NCBI GenBank assembly: GCA_038327195.1
Contig: JBBQKU010000012.1
Span: forward strand, 38,401-102,400
Reading direction: 5' to 3'
Origin: Bacteroidota bacterium
GTDB lineage: Bacteria; Bacteroidota; Bacteroidia; B-17B0; Aurantibacillaceae
Length of the DNA stretch: 64,000 bases
In this document: one piece after another, positions 55,733-64,000 of the stretch
How the letters are laid out: each line of letters starts with the position of its first letter
Position numbering within the stretch: position 1 is the stretch's first letter
Made by a program: the position numbers and the translations under genes
The notes under the pieces: model-generated
What the model was told of the DNA's origin: nothing
Databases searched by the model: none
Seen by the model: the letters and a program-made list of their open reading frames with translations, nothing else

Positions 55733-56980
55733 CTAATCAATCAATCCTTGTTTTTCACGTTTTCCGTAATCTAAAATTAAAAAATAATAGGTTAATACGC
55801 CAAAAGCATACATAATGGATGTTATTAGGAATATTGTTACAAAATCATAGTTCTGACTAAACATAATTTTAACAAAATAACCACTAATAACCCAACTTCC
55901 ACTCCAAATTGCAGCGGTTAGTGCACTGGTTATTTCTCTATTTCTTTTTCCTACATAATTCATCACTAATTCAGAAGTCATTGGTCCAGCCATATTCATT
56001 AAAGGTTGACGGAGTAGGTAACAACCAATAGCAATATACAAGGCCATCGAATACTGACTGTATAATTGTGTAGTTGCAAGTGCAACTAATGATATAACTG
56101 CTAGTGCTTGTGTAGTTGGAATCGCTATTTTATACCCAATATTTTGCTTTATTTTAGGAACTAACAAAGCCCCCCAAACTACTAAAATAGCAGCAATCGC
56201 ACTTATAAAAGAAAAACTTCCTTTATCTAAATGATGAACTTTATCAAAAAACAAACTAATAAATGGAATCGTTAACCCTGCGCCTGTTGCAATAATGAGG
56301 GTTGGAATTAAACCTTTAATTATTAAAAACCAATCTGGTTTGATTTGTTTCAATTGCTTATGGTTTTGTTTTTCTTCATCAATAATTTCAATAATTTTTA
56401 CTTTACTCATAAAGTAAATGCCACCAAAACCTAAAATTGAAAATATAATCAGAATGCATTCTTCATTAAAAAATAGTGGATTTATTTTATCTAAAATAGC
56501 AATTAAAACGCCACTCAAAATTCCTGCAAAACTCCAGGTACTATAACTTAAAGAGATGCCAGCCGTATGCTCTTTAGTTTCTGAATTTCGTAAAATATAA
56601 GGAGTTATTGGAATTTGCATAAGCGTAAATGAAGCGCCCCAAAGTAATAATGACGCATAAATACAATACGTCATTTTTAGTGAAATAAATAAAACAGATG
56701 TTAAACCAAATAATGGAACCAATACAGCTGATAAATTAAAAAATGGCTTAAGTGCTTTACCTTTTATTAAATTTCCAACGGGAATTGCTAATAAAAAAAC
56801 GCCTAAAAATCGAATGGTTAAGAACAAAGCAATTTCTTCGTTTGAGTATCCCTTTCTATCTAAGTATAAAGGTAAAATGAGCATAAAGGTACAATTCACT
56901 AATTGTATGAAAAACTCGGCAACTATTACATTTACAATTGCTTTATTTAAATTTTGATATTCTTTTAAAAACGAAAACAT
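55733..56980 (-). CDS. MFS transporter
   Basis: About 12 TM helices in a 6+6 arrangement. Confidence 0.75.
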   Translation of the reverse strand: MFSFLKEYQNLNKAIVNVIVAEFFIQLVNCTFMLILPLYLDRKGYSNEEIALFLTIRFLGVFLLAIPVGNLIKGKALKPFFNLSAVLVPLFGLTSVLFISLKMTYCIYASLLLWGASFTLMQIPITPYILRNSETKEHTAGISLSYSTWSFAGILSGVLIAILDKINPLFFNEECILIIFSILGFGGIYFMSKVKIIEIIDEEKQNHKQLKQIKPDWFLIIKGLIPTLIIATGAGLTIPFISLFFDKVHHLDKGSFSFISAIAAILVVWGALLVPKIKQNIGYKIAIPTTQALAVISLVALATTQLYSQYSMALYIAIGCYLLRQPLMNMAGPMTSELVMNYVGKRNREITSALTAAIWSGSWVISGYFVKIMFSQNYDFVTIFLITSIMYAFGVLTYYFLILDYGKREKQGLID

Positions 56981-56982
56981 GA

Positions 56983-57891
56983 TTAGCTATTTTCAATAAT
57001 GATATTGATGAATGATTTAATTTTCTCTATTTCATTAGGTTCAAAAGTTTCAAAATCACCTTGATGATTAAACCAAGTTAGTTGACGTTTAGCGTATCTT
57101 CTTGAGTTTTGTTTGATAAGATTAACAGCTTCTTGTAAGGAAATTTTATTTTCTAAATAACTGAATAGTTCTTTGTAACCAACTGTATTTAGAGCGTTTA
57201 AATGATTTTTATGTTTTAGAGATTTTACTTCTTCTAATAATCCCGCACTAATCATATCATCAACACGTTTATTTATTCTATCATACAAAATTGCTCTTGA
57301 TGTATTTATTAAAATAGGAATTGAATTAAAATTCCGTGTTTTTTTGACTTTTGTTCTGTATTCTGAAAATGGTTTTCCTTTATGAATACAAACTTCTAAA
57401 GCCCGCATCATCCGTTGTGGATTATTAATATCAACTTCTTCGAAATATTTAGAATCTCTAAGCTTTAATTCTTCTTGTAAAAATGAAATACCCTTTTCTG
57501 TATATTGTTTTATTAAATTTTCACGAATTTCATTTGGAATTTCTTCAAATTCATCCAATCCGTTAACTATGGCATTGATATATAAACCTGATCCACCAAC
57601 TAAAATTAATGTATCGTTCTCTAAAAATAATTTCTCAATAAGTTCTATGGCTTCTTTTTCATATTCTCCAATATTGTAAACTTCATCAATACTTTTATTA
57701 TCAATAAAATAATGTACAACATCTTGCATTTCTTCTTTACTTGGTTTGGCAGTACCAATACTCATTTCTTTAAAAAACTGACGCGAATCTGCAGATATAA
57801 TTGGGCAATTATAATACTTAGCCAACTGAACAGAAAGAGCTGTTTTACCAACCGCTGTTGGACCTGAAATTATGATTAAATGATGATTCAA
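56983..57891 (-). CDS. miaA: tRNA dimethylallyltransferase
   Basis: P-loop GPTAVGKT, DSRQ.F.EM.IGTAKP, and RYAKRQ.TWF near the C-terminus. Confidence 0.9.
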   Translation of the reverse strand: MNHHLIIISGPTAVGKTALSVQLAKYYNCPIISADSRQFFKEMSIGTAKPSKEEMQDVVHYFIDNKSIDEVYNIGEYEKEAIELIEKLFLENDTLILVGGSGLYINAIVNGLDEFEEIPNEIRENLIKQYTEKGISFLQEELKLRDSKYFEEVDINNPQRMMRALEVCIHKGKPFSEYRTKVKKTRNFNSIPILINTSRAILYDRINKRVDDMISAGLLEEVKSLKHKNHLNALNTVGYKELFSYLENKISLQEAVNLIKQNSRRYAKRQLTWFNHQGDFETFEPNEIEKIKSFINIIIENS

Positions 57892-57904
57892 TTTTTTAAT
57901 TTAT

Positions 57905-58468
57905 CTAAAATATAAATTCTATATTACTAGTAGGGTTTGTGACTTTACTGCTTTTTTTAATGCCGTTTATTTCAATATGCACAATATTTATTTGTTGAGG
58001 TAAAAAGTCATAAAGCAATTTAGTATCAATATTTATTTTTTTAGGAGGCAAACTATTTTTCACTTCAAGGTAAGTCCAAATAGCTTCCTCTTCTTTTTCG
58101 TAACCAATAAAATGTAAAGTTTGTTTTTTTGAATTTACATTAATATTAAAACGTTTAATAATATAATTAAACAATACAGAATCCGTTTCAGCTTTATCGA
58201 TTGGATTTAAAATATCAATTTTCTTTTTCGTAGTTCGCCTTAAAGCATCTTCCAAATCATTTGTAAATAGCTTAACGCTTAATTGTAATGCACGTTCTTT
58301 TAGTTTGTAATTTATATCAACAACGCTTACAAAAAAGGGATGTTTAACTTTTTGAAATGAGCTTATGAATAGTAATAAAAAAACAAACAAGCTGTATTTT
58401 ACCACTTGTGTATTTTTTGAGATTTTCTGACTAAAGAATTTTAAATTTAGCACACACAAAAGTAACAT
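57905..58468 (-). CDS. DUF6702-like protein
   Basis: HPFFVSVVDINYKLKERALQLSVKLFTNDLEDAL resembles the DUF6702 N-terminal pattern (from memory). The listed ATG leaves only 5 nt to the divergent gene. A GTG at 58405 (giving MVKYSLFVFLLLFISSF) would yield a cleaner signal peptide and a 68-nt promoter spacer. Confidence 0.5.
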   Translation of the reverse strand: MLLLCVLNLKFFSQKISKNTQVVKYSLFVFLLLFISSFQKVKHPFFVSVVDINYKLKERALQLSVKLFTNDLEDALRRTTKKKIDILNPIDKAETDSVLFNYIIKRFNINVNSKKQTLHFIGYEKEEEAIWTYLEVKNSLPPKKINIDTKLLYDFLPQQINIVHIEINGIKKSSKVTNPTSNIEFIF

Positions 58469-58473
58469 TTTTT

Positions 58474-59070
58474 ATGGATGAATTTTATATTTGGTTTAGC
58501 ACTGGCTTTACACATATATTAGATTTGAATGGGTATGACCATATCCTATATGTTATGGTTCTTTGCGTCATGTTTTCCTATAAAGAGTGGAAGCAGTTAT
58601 TGACTCTTATTACTGCATTTACAATTGGGCACTCATTAACATTAGCCGCTAGTGTTTTTAATATAATACAAATAAAACAAGCGATTATTGAAGTTATTAT
58701 CCCCTTAACTATCTTAATTACTTGCATTTTAAATATGCTGAGTTTAACAAAAGAAAATCTAAAAGTAAAATCAATTAATTACGGCTTAGCTTTAATATTT
58801 GGGTTTGTGCATGGCATGGGTTTTTCATATCTATTAAAATCACTTTTAGCAAGACAAGAGAGCGTTTTTTTGCCACTAATTTCTTTTAATTTTGGCCTCG
58901 AAATCGGGCAGCTTGTTATTGTGATGAGCATGGTAATTTTATCTTTTTTTTTATTTACATTTACTCGACTTAAAAATAAACATTGGATATTATTTATATC
59001 TGCCTTTGTTTTTAGTTCGGCTTTTTTAATTTTTATACAACGTTTAATTTCTTTATATCATGAGTCTTAA
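58474..59070 (+). CDS. HupE/UreJ-family membrane protein (putative Ni/Co-type metal transporter family)
   Basis: GF.HIL......DHIL.V..L N-terminal motif, six TM helices, second HG motif (FGFVHGMGF). Confidence 0.65.
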   Translation: MDEFYIWFSTGFTHILDLNGYDHILYVMVLCVMFSYKEWKQLLTLITAFTIGHSLTLAASVFNIIQIKQAIIEVIIPLTILITCILNMLSLTKENLKVKSINYGLALIFGFVHGMGFSYLLKSLLARQESVFLPLISFNFGLEIGQLVIVMSMVILSFFLFTFTRLKNKHWILFISAFVFSSAFLIFIQRLISLYHES

Positions 59071-61411
59071 TTTAAAATCAGTATTATTTTTTTCATGCAT
59101 TTCTGTATTAGGAATTGCCCAAAATTCTAAAAATAATCCACTTTCTAACCACGGCAATAAGTTTGAACAATTGGGAGGTATTTTGCCTACACCAAATGAA
59201 TACCGTTCCGCTTCTGGTGCACCAGGCAGTAAATATTGGCAGCAACGTGCAGATTATTTAATTGAAGCAACATTAAGCGAAAAAGACCTTATGTTGGTTG
59301 GTAAAGAAACGGTAACGTATATTAATAACTCTCCTGATAAATTAAATTATTTATGGATGCAATTAGATGAAAATATTCATCAGCCAACAGGCGATAACAA
59401 TTACTTTGATGAAAATAAAATGGGTCAACCTTTTGATGAAGAAAACATAAAAGGATTGGCAGTTAAAGAAAAGCTGAAAGGTTTAGGAACCCAAATTCTA
59501 TCCATTACTGATGAATTAGGTAATCCAATAAAATATACCATTAATCAAACAATGATGCGTATTGATTTACCAAAGGTTTTAAATGGTAATTCTAAAACTA
59601 AATTTATTGTAAAGTGGCAATATAAAATACCAAACAGAAATACAATTGGTGGCAGAGGTGGTTATGAATATTTTCCAGAGGATGGAAATTACTTATTTAC
59701 GATGTCGCAATGGTATCCTCGTATGTGCGTTTATAGTGATTTTCAAGGATGGCAAAATAAACAATTTACTGGTAGAGGAGAATTTGCTTTAGTATTTGGA
59801 AATTACACAGTTAAAATGACTGTTCCTTCAGATCATGTTGTTTGTTCTACTGGCGAATGTCAAAACTATGCTCAAATTTTAACGCCAACTCAAATGCAAC
59901 GTTATACAAAGGCAATCGAAAATTATAATGATGTTTCAGAAATTATTACACTTGATGAGTGTACGGCAGCTGAAAAAAATAAATTAACAACTACTAAGAC
60001 TTATATTTTTAAAGCTGATAGCGTAAGAGATTTTGCTTGGGGCTCTTCTCGTAAATTTATGTGGGATGCCATGCCGATTAAAGTAGAAGGAAAAAAAGTA
60101 TTATGTATGAGTTTTTATGGTAAAGAAGCGTATGGTTTATACCGAAAATATTCTACAAAAACTGTTGCTCACACCATTAAGACCTATTCAAAATATTCAA
60201 CTGCATATACCTATCCTGTTGCTCAAAGTATTGAAGCATCTCAGGGAATGGAATACCCTATGATTTGTTTTAATTTTGGAAGAACTGAAAAAGATGGTAC
60301 TTATACTGAAGCTACAAAATATGGCATGCTTGGTGTCATTATTCATGAGGTTGGCCATAACTTTTTTCCTATGATTATTAATAGTGATGAGCGTCAATGG
60401 AGTTGGATGGATGAAGGTTTAAATACATTTGTTCAATTTTTAACAGAACAAGAGTTTGATAATAACTATCCATCAAATCGTGGGCCAGCATATAAAATGG
60501 TTGATTATTTGAAATTACCAAAAGATCAATTAGAACCTATTATGACCAATAGTGAAAATATTATTCAATTCGGACCAAATGCTTATGGTAAACCATGTAC
60601 TGCTTTAAACATGTTACGTGAAACAATTATGGGACGTGAGTTGTTTGATTTCGCCTTTAAACAGTATTGTAATCGATGGGCATTTAAACATCCAGAACCA
60701 GCAGATTTTTTTAGATCGATGGAAGACGCAAGTGCTGTTGATTTAGATTGGTTTTGGAGAGCTTGGTTTTTTGATACAGAACCAGTTGATATTGCTTTAG
60801 ATTCAGTAAAAGCATACTCGTTTATTAATAATCAGCAAGTTCCAACAAAAATGGACACGATGCGTATATATCCTAAAGCAAAAGAAATAGAATATATTTC
60901 GAGAATACGAAATAAACAAGAGGGCATAAAGTTTTTGGTAGATGTGGATACGACTATGCGTGATTTTTATTACCACTATAAACCTGAAGTTAAAACAGCA
61001 GTTGAAAAGAAGCCAATTAATCGTTATCAAAATTTAGAAGCAGTAAGTGATTCTGCATATGTAAATATCAAGGATAAATTTGTGTATGAATTATTTTTCG
61101 CAAACAAGGGAGGCTGTGTGAGTCCATTAATCATACAATGGAATTATAAAGATGGTTCTTCTGAAATTGACAGAATTAACGCATATATATGGCGTAAAAA
61201 CGAAAAAAATGTTGTAAAATCATTTTCAAAAAATAAAGAGGTCGCATCTATACAAATTGATCCATACAGAGAGACTGCAGATATTGATGAGAAAAACAAT
61301 TCTTGGAATATAAAAGAAACTCCAAATCGGTTTGATGTATTTAAAACTAAAACAGTTGGTCGTGGCCAAAGTGCTGGTGGTAATTTAATGCAGCAGAAGG
61401 TTAAGAAATAA
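59060..61411 (+). CDS. Secreted M1-family zinc metallopeptidase
   Basis: Signal peptide. HEVGHNFFP...WMDEGLNTF (HExxH-x18-E), and an upstream GMEYP exopeptidase-like motif. Confidence 0.85.
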   Translation: MSLNLKSVLFFSCISVLGIAQNSKNNPLSNHGNKFEQLGGILPTPNEYRSASGAPGSKYWQQRADYLIEATLSEKDLMLVGKETVTYINNSPDKLNYLWMQLDENIHQPTGDNNYFDENKMGQPFDEENIKGLAVKEKLKGLGTQILSITDELGNPIKYTINQTMMRIDLPKVLNGNSKTKFIVKWQYKIPNRNTIGGRGGYEYFPEDGNYLFTMSQWYPRMCVYSDFQGWQNKQFTGRGEFALVFGNYTVKMTVPSDHVVCSTGECQNYAQILTPTQMQRYTKAIENYNDVSEIITLDECTAAEKNKLTTTKTYIFKADSVRDFAWGSSRKFMWDAMPIKVEGKKVLCMSFYGKEAYGLYRKYSTKTVAHTIKTYSKYSTAYTYPVAQSIEASQGMEYPMICFNFGRTEKDGTYTEATKYGMLGVIIHEVGHNFFPMIINSDERQWSWMDEGLNTFVQFLTEQEFDNNYPSNRGPAYKMVDYLKLPKDQLEPIMTNSENIIQFGPNAYGKPCTALNMLRETIMGRELFDFAFKQYCNRWAFKHPEPADFFRSMEDASAVDLDWFWRAWFFDTEPVDIALDSVKAYSFINNQQVPTKMDTMRIYPKAKEIEYISRIRNKQEGIKFLVDVDTTMRDFYYHYKPEVKTAVEKKPINRYQNLEAVSDSAYVNIKDKFVYELFFANKGGCVSPLIIQWNYKDGSSEIDRINAYIWRKNEKNVVKSFSKNKEVASIQIDPYRETADIDEKNNSWNIKETPNRFDVFKTKTVGRGQSAGGNLMQQKVKK

Positions 61412-61427
61412 TAATATTCACTATTTA

Positions 61428-61460
61428 ATTCTTCGAGGTTTTAAAACCTTGAAGAATTTT
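61428..61460 (+). terminator. Rho-independent terminator after the M1 peptidase gene
   Basis: 13-bp stem attcttcgaggtt / aaccttgaagaat (one G-U pair) followed by tttt. Confidence 0.6.
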
Positions 61461-61696
61461 ACCACTTACTTTATATAAAATAATACACCCATTTATTTGT
61501 TTACTCACTAAGTCCAGATTGATGTTTTAATTGTGAGTTAAAAACTAACACATTAGTTATTAGCGTGCAAACACTTTTGAACGAGAAAATAATTGGATTT
61601 GGCATTTAACCTTGACTTTTTTTGTTAAGAAGAAAAGTCAGTAATTGAACACACGTGGCGCATGTTATTTAGAATTATTTAATAGTGTATATAAAA

Positions 61697-61729
61697 TAAA
61701 AAAAGCGAAACAACTGTTTCGCTTTTTTA
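61697..61729. terminator. Bidirectional terminator downstream of 61748..62455 (minus strand)
   Basis: 8-bp stem agcgaaac / gtttcgct, loop aact, flanked by A7 and T6. Confidence 0.7.
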
Positions 61730-61747
61730 TGATACTTAATTTTAAAA

Positions 61748-62455
61748 TTAATCTTTGATGAATTTTTTAGTAATAATTCTTTCACCGTCATTAGCTTGTA
61801 TAAAATAAACCCCTTTAGTTAAAGAACTTACATTAATGCTAGTTTGACTTGCATAATTGGCATCATGAGATAATACAATTTTTCCTAACGCATCAATAAC
61901 TTGTATTTTTCCAAAATGAGAATCAGAAGTAATAAATAATTCTGAAGAAACTGGATTTGGAGCAATATAGAAGTTTGCTGTTGTATTGATTGATTGAATT
62001 CCTGTTGATAGTGCTGGGTTTACAGTTAAAAACCATGAAACAGTTGCTGGAGGAAAAGCTCCAACATTTGTTGTGATTACTACATTGGCAACTACTGTAT
62101 AATTTCCTGCAGTAGCAGCTCCTGGAGTTCCTGTTAATAGAACACAACCATTAGCTCCACCAGCAATAATACCACTAACTGGATTAACAGAATAACTTAG
62201 GCCAGCAGGTAGACCTGTCATTGAAACTATTTGAGCCGAAGTTATTGTTGCTACCCCAAAAGATGATGCAATACTAAGTTGAATTACAGTGTTGTAACTT
62301 GAAGACGCTGTAGCATTTGGTAAGTTTGTGTTATCCGCAGGTGTTGTGCAGTAGCCAGTAGCTATTGGAGAACAGCCAGGAGTAATTGTGCATTGCGCAT
62401 TTAATTGCGATAAACTGCTAAGTATAATTGAAGCAAAAAGTAATGTTTTTTTCAT
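61748..62455 (-). CDS. Small T9SS cargo protein with a single Ig-like domain
   Basis: Signal peptide; GLPAGLSYSVNPVSGIIAG (putative-Ig-domain motif). C-terminal APNPVSSELFITS...GVYFIQA...KKFIKD. Confidence 0.7.
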   Translation of the reverse strand: MKKTLLFASIILSSLSQLNAQCTITPGCSPIATGYCTTPADNTNLPNATASSSYNTVIQLSIASSFGVATITSAQIVSMTGLPAGLSYSVNPVSGIIAGGANGCVLLTGTPGAATAGNYTVVANVVITTNVGAFPPATVSWFLTVNPALSTGIQSINTTANFYIAPNPVSSELFITSDSHFGKIQVIDALGKIVLSHDANYASQTSINVSSLTKGVYFIQANDGERIITKKFIKD

Positions 62456-62529
62456 GTTTTAAGATTTAAGGTTTATCTAATTTATGAATTTAAAATTACT
62501 TCAACAACTATCACAAAATATGAATTTGA

Positions 62530-62982
62530 TTATTCTTTGTTTTTACTATCCATTAAAATAGTAACAGGGCCATCATTTATTAAGGCTACTTTCATATCCG
62601 CTCCAAATATCCCCGTTTTAATCGATTTTTCGAGTAATATAGAAAGCTGTTGTACGCAATATTCATATAATGGAATCGCAATTTCTGGTTTAGCTGATTT
62701 TATAAATGATGGACGATTTCCTTTTTTGGTGGATGCAAATAAAGTGAATTGTGAAACCAATAATATATCTCCATTGATATCTTTTAATGAAAAATTCATT
62801 TTATCTTCTGCATCAGAAAAAATACGCAAGCCAACTAATTTATTACACAACCAATCAGCATCTTCATTTGTATCAGCATCTTCAATGCCAACCAATACTA
62901 AAAAACTCGCATCAATTTTAGAATGTAATAAATTATTAATAGTCACTGATGCTTCAGACACTCGCTGAATAACAAAACGCAT
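62530..62982 (-). CDS. dtd: D-aminoacyl-tRNA deacylase
   Basis: MR.VIQRV..ASV...LVL.G....D...D..W...K....RIF.D......N.S......G..L.VSQFTL.A...KGNRPSF and C-terminal NDGPVT motifs. Confidence 0.9.
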   Translation of the reverse strand: MRFVIQRVSEASVTINNLLHSKIDASFLVLVGIEDADTNEDADWLCNKLVGLRIFSDAEDKMNFSLKDINGDILLVSQFTLFASTKKGNRPSFIKSAKPEIAIPLYEYCVQQLSILLEKSIKTGIFGADMKVALINDGPVTILMDSKNKE

Positions 62983-62987
62983 AAAAT

Positions 62988-64000
62988 CTATTTTTTGTAT
63001 TTAGCAATACCAACATCCATCCATTTAATATATTCAGGAATGCTAGCATCATAACCTCTAATAGGTGTTAATAATTTCTCATCACCATCAATCAATACAT
63101 AAAGAGGTTGTGTACTCGAGCCATAAATAGTTTCTTCTAGGTATTTATATTTATCACCAATGTCTGTAATTTCTCTTTCCTTACCATACCATTGTACTTT
63201 CATAAAGTCTTTTGGATCTAAAGCTCTTTTATCATCAACGTATAAAGAAACTAAAACGACATCATTATTTAAGCGCTTAGTTACTTCATGGTCTGGCCAA
63301 ACATAATCTTCTGTTTTACGGCAATTAGCACAAGCGTGCCCTGTAAAATCAATTAATAATGGCTTACCCACTTTTTTAGCATATGCTAAAGCATGTTCGT
63401 AATCATTTTTAAAATGAATAATTCCATTTTTATTGACTTCCATATACTTTCCAAATTCTGGATCTTGCGGAACAGCTGGAGTATTATTGTTTCCTGCTGA
63501 GCCACCAAAGCCATGTGGCGATTCAGAATATTCTAATGGAGGTAAAATTCCGCTGAATAATTTTAATGGAGCGCCCCATAAACCAGGTATTAAATACATA
63601 CAAACAAAAAATGAAGTAAGTGCTACAAATAATCTACCAACCGAAACATATTTTACATCACTGTCGTGCGACGTTTTAAATACACCTAATAAATAGAAAG
63701 ATAAGAATGCGAAAATAGCAATCCAAATTCCTACAAATACTTCACGTGTTAAAATACCCGCTTGTATTACTAAATCTGCATTAGATGCAAATTTTAATGC
63801 TAATGCTAATTCTAAAAAGCCTAAAGTTACTTTTACTGTATTTAACCAACCTCCCGATTGTGGCAATGAATTTAACCAACCTGGGAATGCGGCAAATAAT
63901 CCAAATGGTAAAGCAAGAGCTAACGCAAATCCAAACATGCCCCAAAATGGCCCAGATATACTGGTTGCGGCTTCAACTAATAATGTTCCAATAATTGGCC
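62988..64000 (-). CDS. dsbD: DsbD-family thiol:disulfide interchange protein (C-terminal TM region plus thioredoxin-like domain); 5' end beyond the window
   Basis: The frame stays open upstream of the listed Met (manual: PIIGTLLVEAATSISGPFWGM FGFALALALPFG...), so the gene continues past 64000. Thioredoxin motif FTGHACANCRKTE. Confidence 0.75.
   Translation of the reverse strand, partial: PIIGTLLVEAATSISGPFWGMFGFALALALPFGLFAAFPGWLNSLPQSGGWLNTVKVTLGFLELALALKFASNADLVIQAGILTREVFVGIWIAIFAFLSFYLLGVFKTSHDSDVKYVSVGRLFVALTSFFVCMYLIPGLWGAPLKLFSGILPPLEYSESPHGFGGSAGNNNTPAVPQDPEFGKYMEVNKNGIIHFKNDYEHALAYAKKVGKPLLIDFTGHACANCRKTEDYVWPDHEVTKRLNNDVVLVSLYVDDKRALDPKDFMKVQWYGKEREITDIGDKYKYLEETIYGSSTQPLYVLIDGDEKLLTPIRGYDASIPEYIKWMDVGIAKYKK

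Noticed and set aside
62537-62968. 143-aa ORF antisense to almost the whole dtd gene
   Set aside because: An open antisense frame this long is striking in AT-rich DNA. However, the dtd reading has unambiguous family motifs (VSQFTL, NDGPVT), and the antisense product shows no start context, signal or motif. No evidence for a real overlapping gene.
1-64000. Search for mobile elements, integrases, prophage genes, rRNA/tRNA genes and CRISPR arrays
   Set aside because: No transposase, integrase or phage-like ORF, no long terminal inverted repeats, no tRNA-like cloverleaf in any spacer over 100 nt that I inspected, and no direct-repeat/spacer array. A tRNAscan, Infernal or ISfinder run would be needed to be definitive.

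Overview
AT-rich (roughly two-thirds A+T by eye, not computed), densely coding chromosomal segment that looks like a Bacteroidota (Flavobacteriia-like) genome. The lineage call rests on at least seven proteins ending in a Por/T9SS C-terminal sorting domain and on Bacteroidota-typical families (DUF3078, DUF4835, DUF4907, DUF2490, DUF6702). I support about 50 CDS in long co-directional blocks. I found no rRNA, tRNA, CRISPR array, transposase or integrase by eye. Contents, in order:
(1) An edge-truncated Cys-rich repeat surface protein, four tandem Kelch-type propeller T9SS cargo paralogs and a DUF4907-like lipoprotein.
(2) A tight five-gene operon joining secreted proteins to a VTC (polyphosphate-polymerase-like)/DUF4956 pair.
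(3) A duplicated lipoprotein / DUF2490 barrel / small acidic protein module.
(4) An inorganic-carbon or anion uptake island: SulP plus beta-carbonic anhydrase (can-like), a second SulP, a porin, DabA/DabB, an OprB-like porin, an SPFH protein and another barrel.
(5) An AsmA-like protein.
(6) A signalling operon: REC-PP2C, REC-PAS/GAF-histidine kinase, and a stand-alone REC.
(7) Housekeeping and envelope genes: TPR protein, DUF3078, DUF4835, coaBC, U32 peptidase, ABC exporter, truA, GDPD, MFS, miaA, HupE/UreJ, M1 peptidase, dtd, dsbD-like.
(8) A large T9SS-secreted multi-domain peptidoglycan hydrolase.
(9) The candidate I rank as most novel: a three-gene operon at 47021-52344 encoding DUF4145(cytoplasmic)-TM-CsgG-like(periplasmic)-TPR, a secreted CsgG-like-TPR protein, and a cytoplasmic TPR-coiled-coil-PP2C phosphatase. 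A GC-rich structured element lies about 280 nt upstream of it.
All family assignments come from motif recognition by eye. No searches were run.
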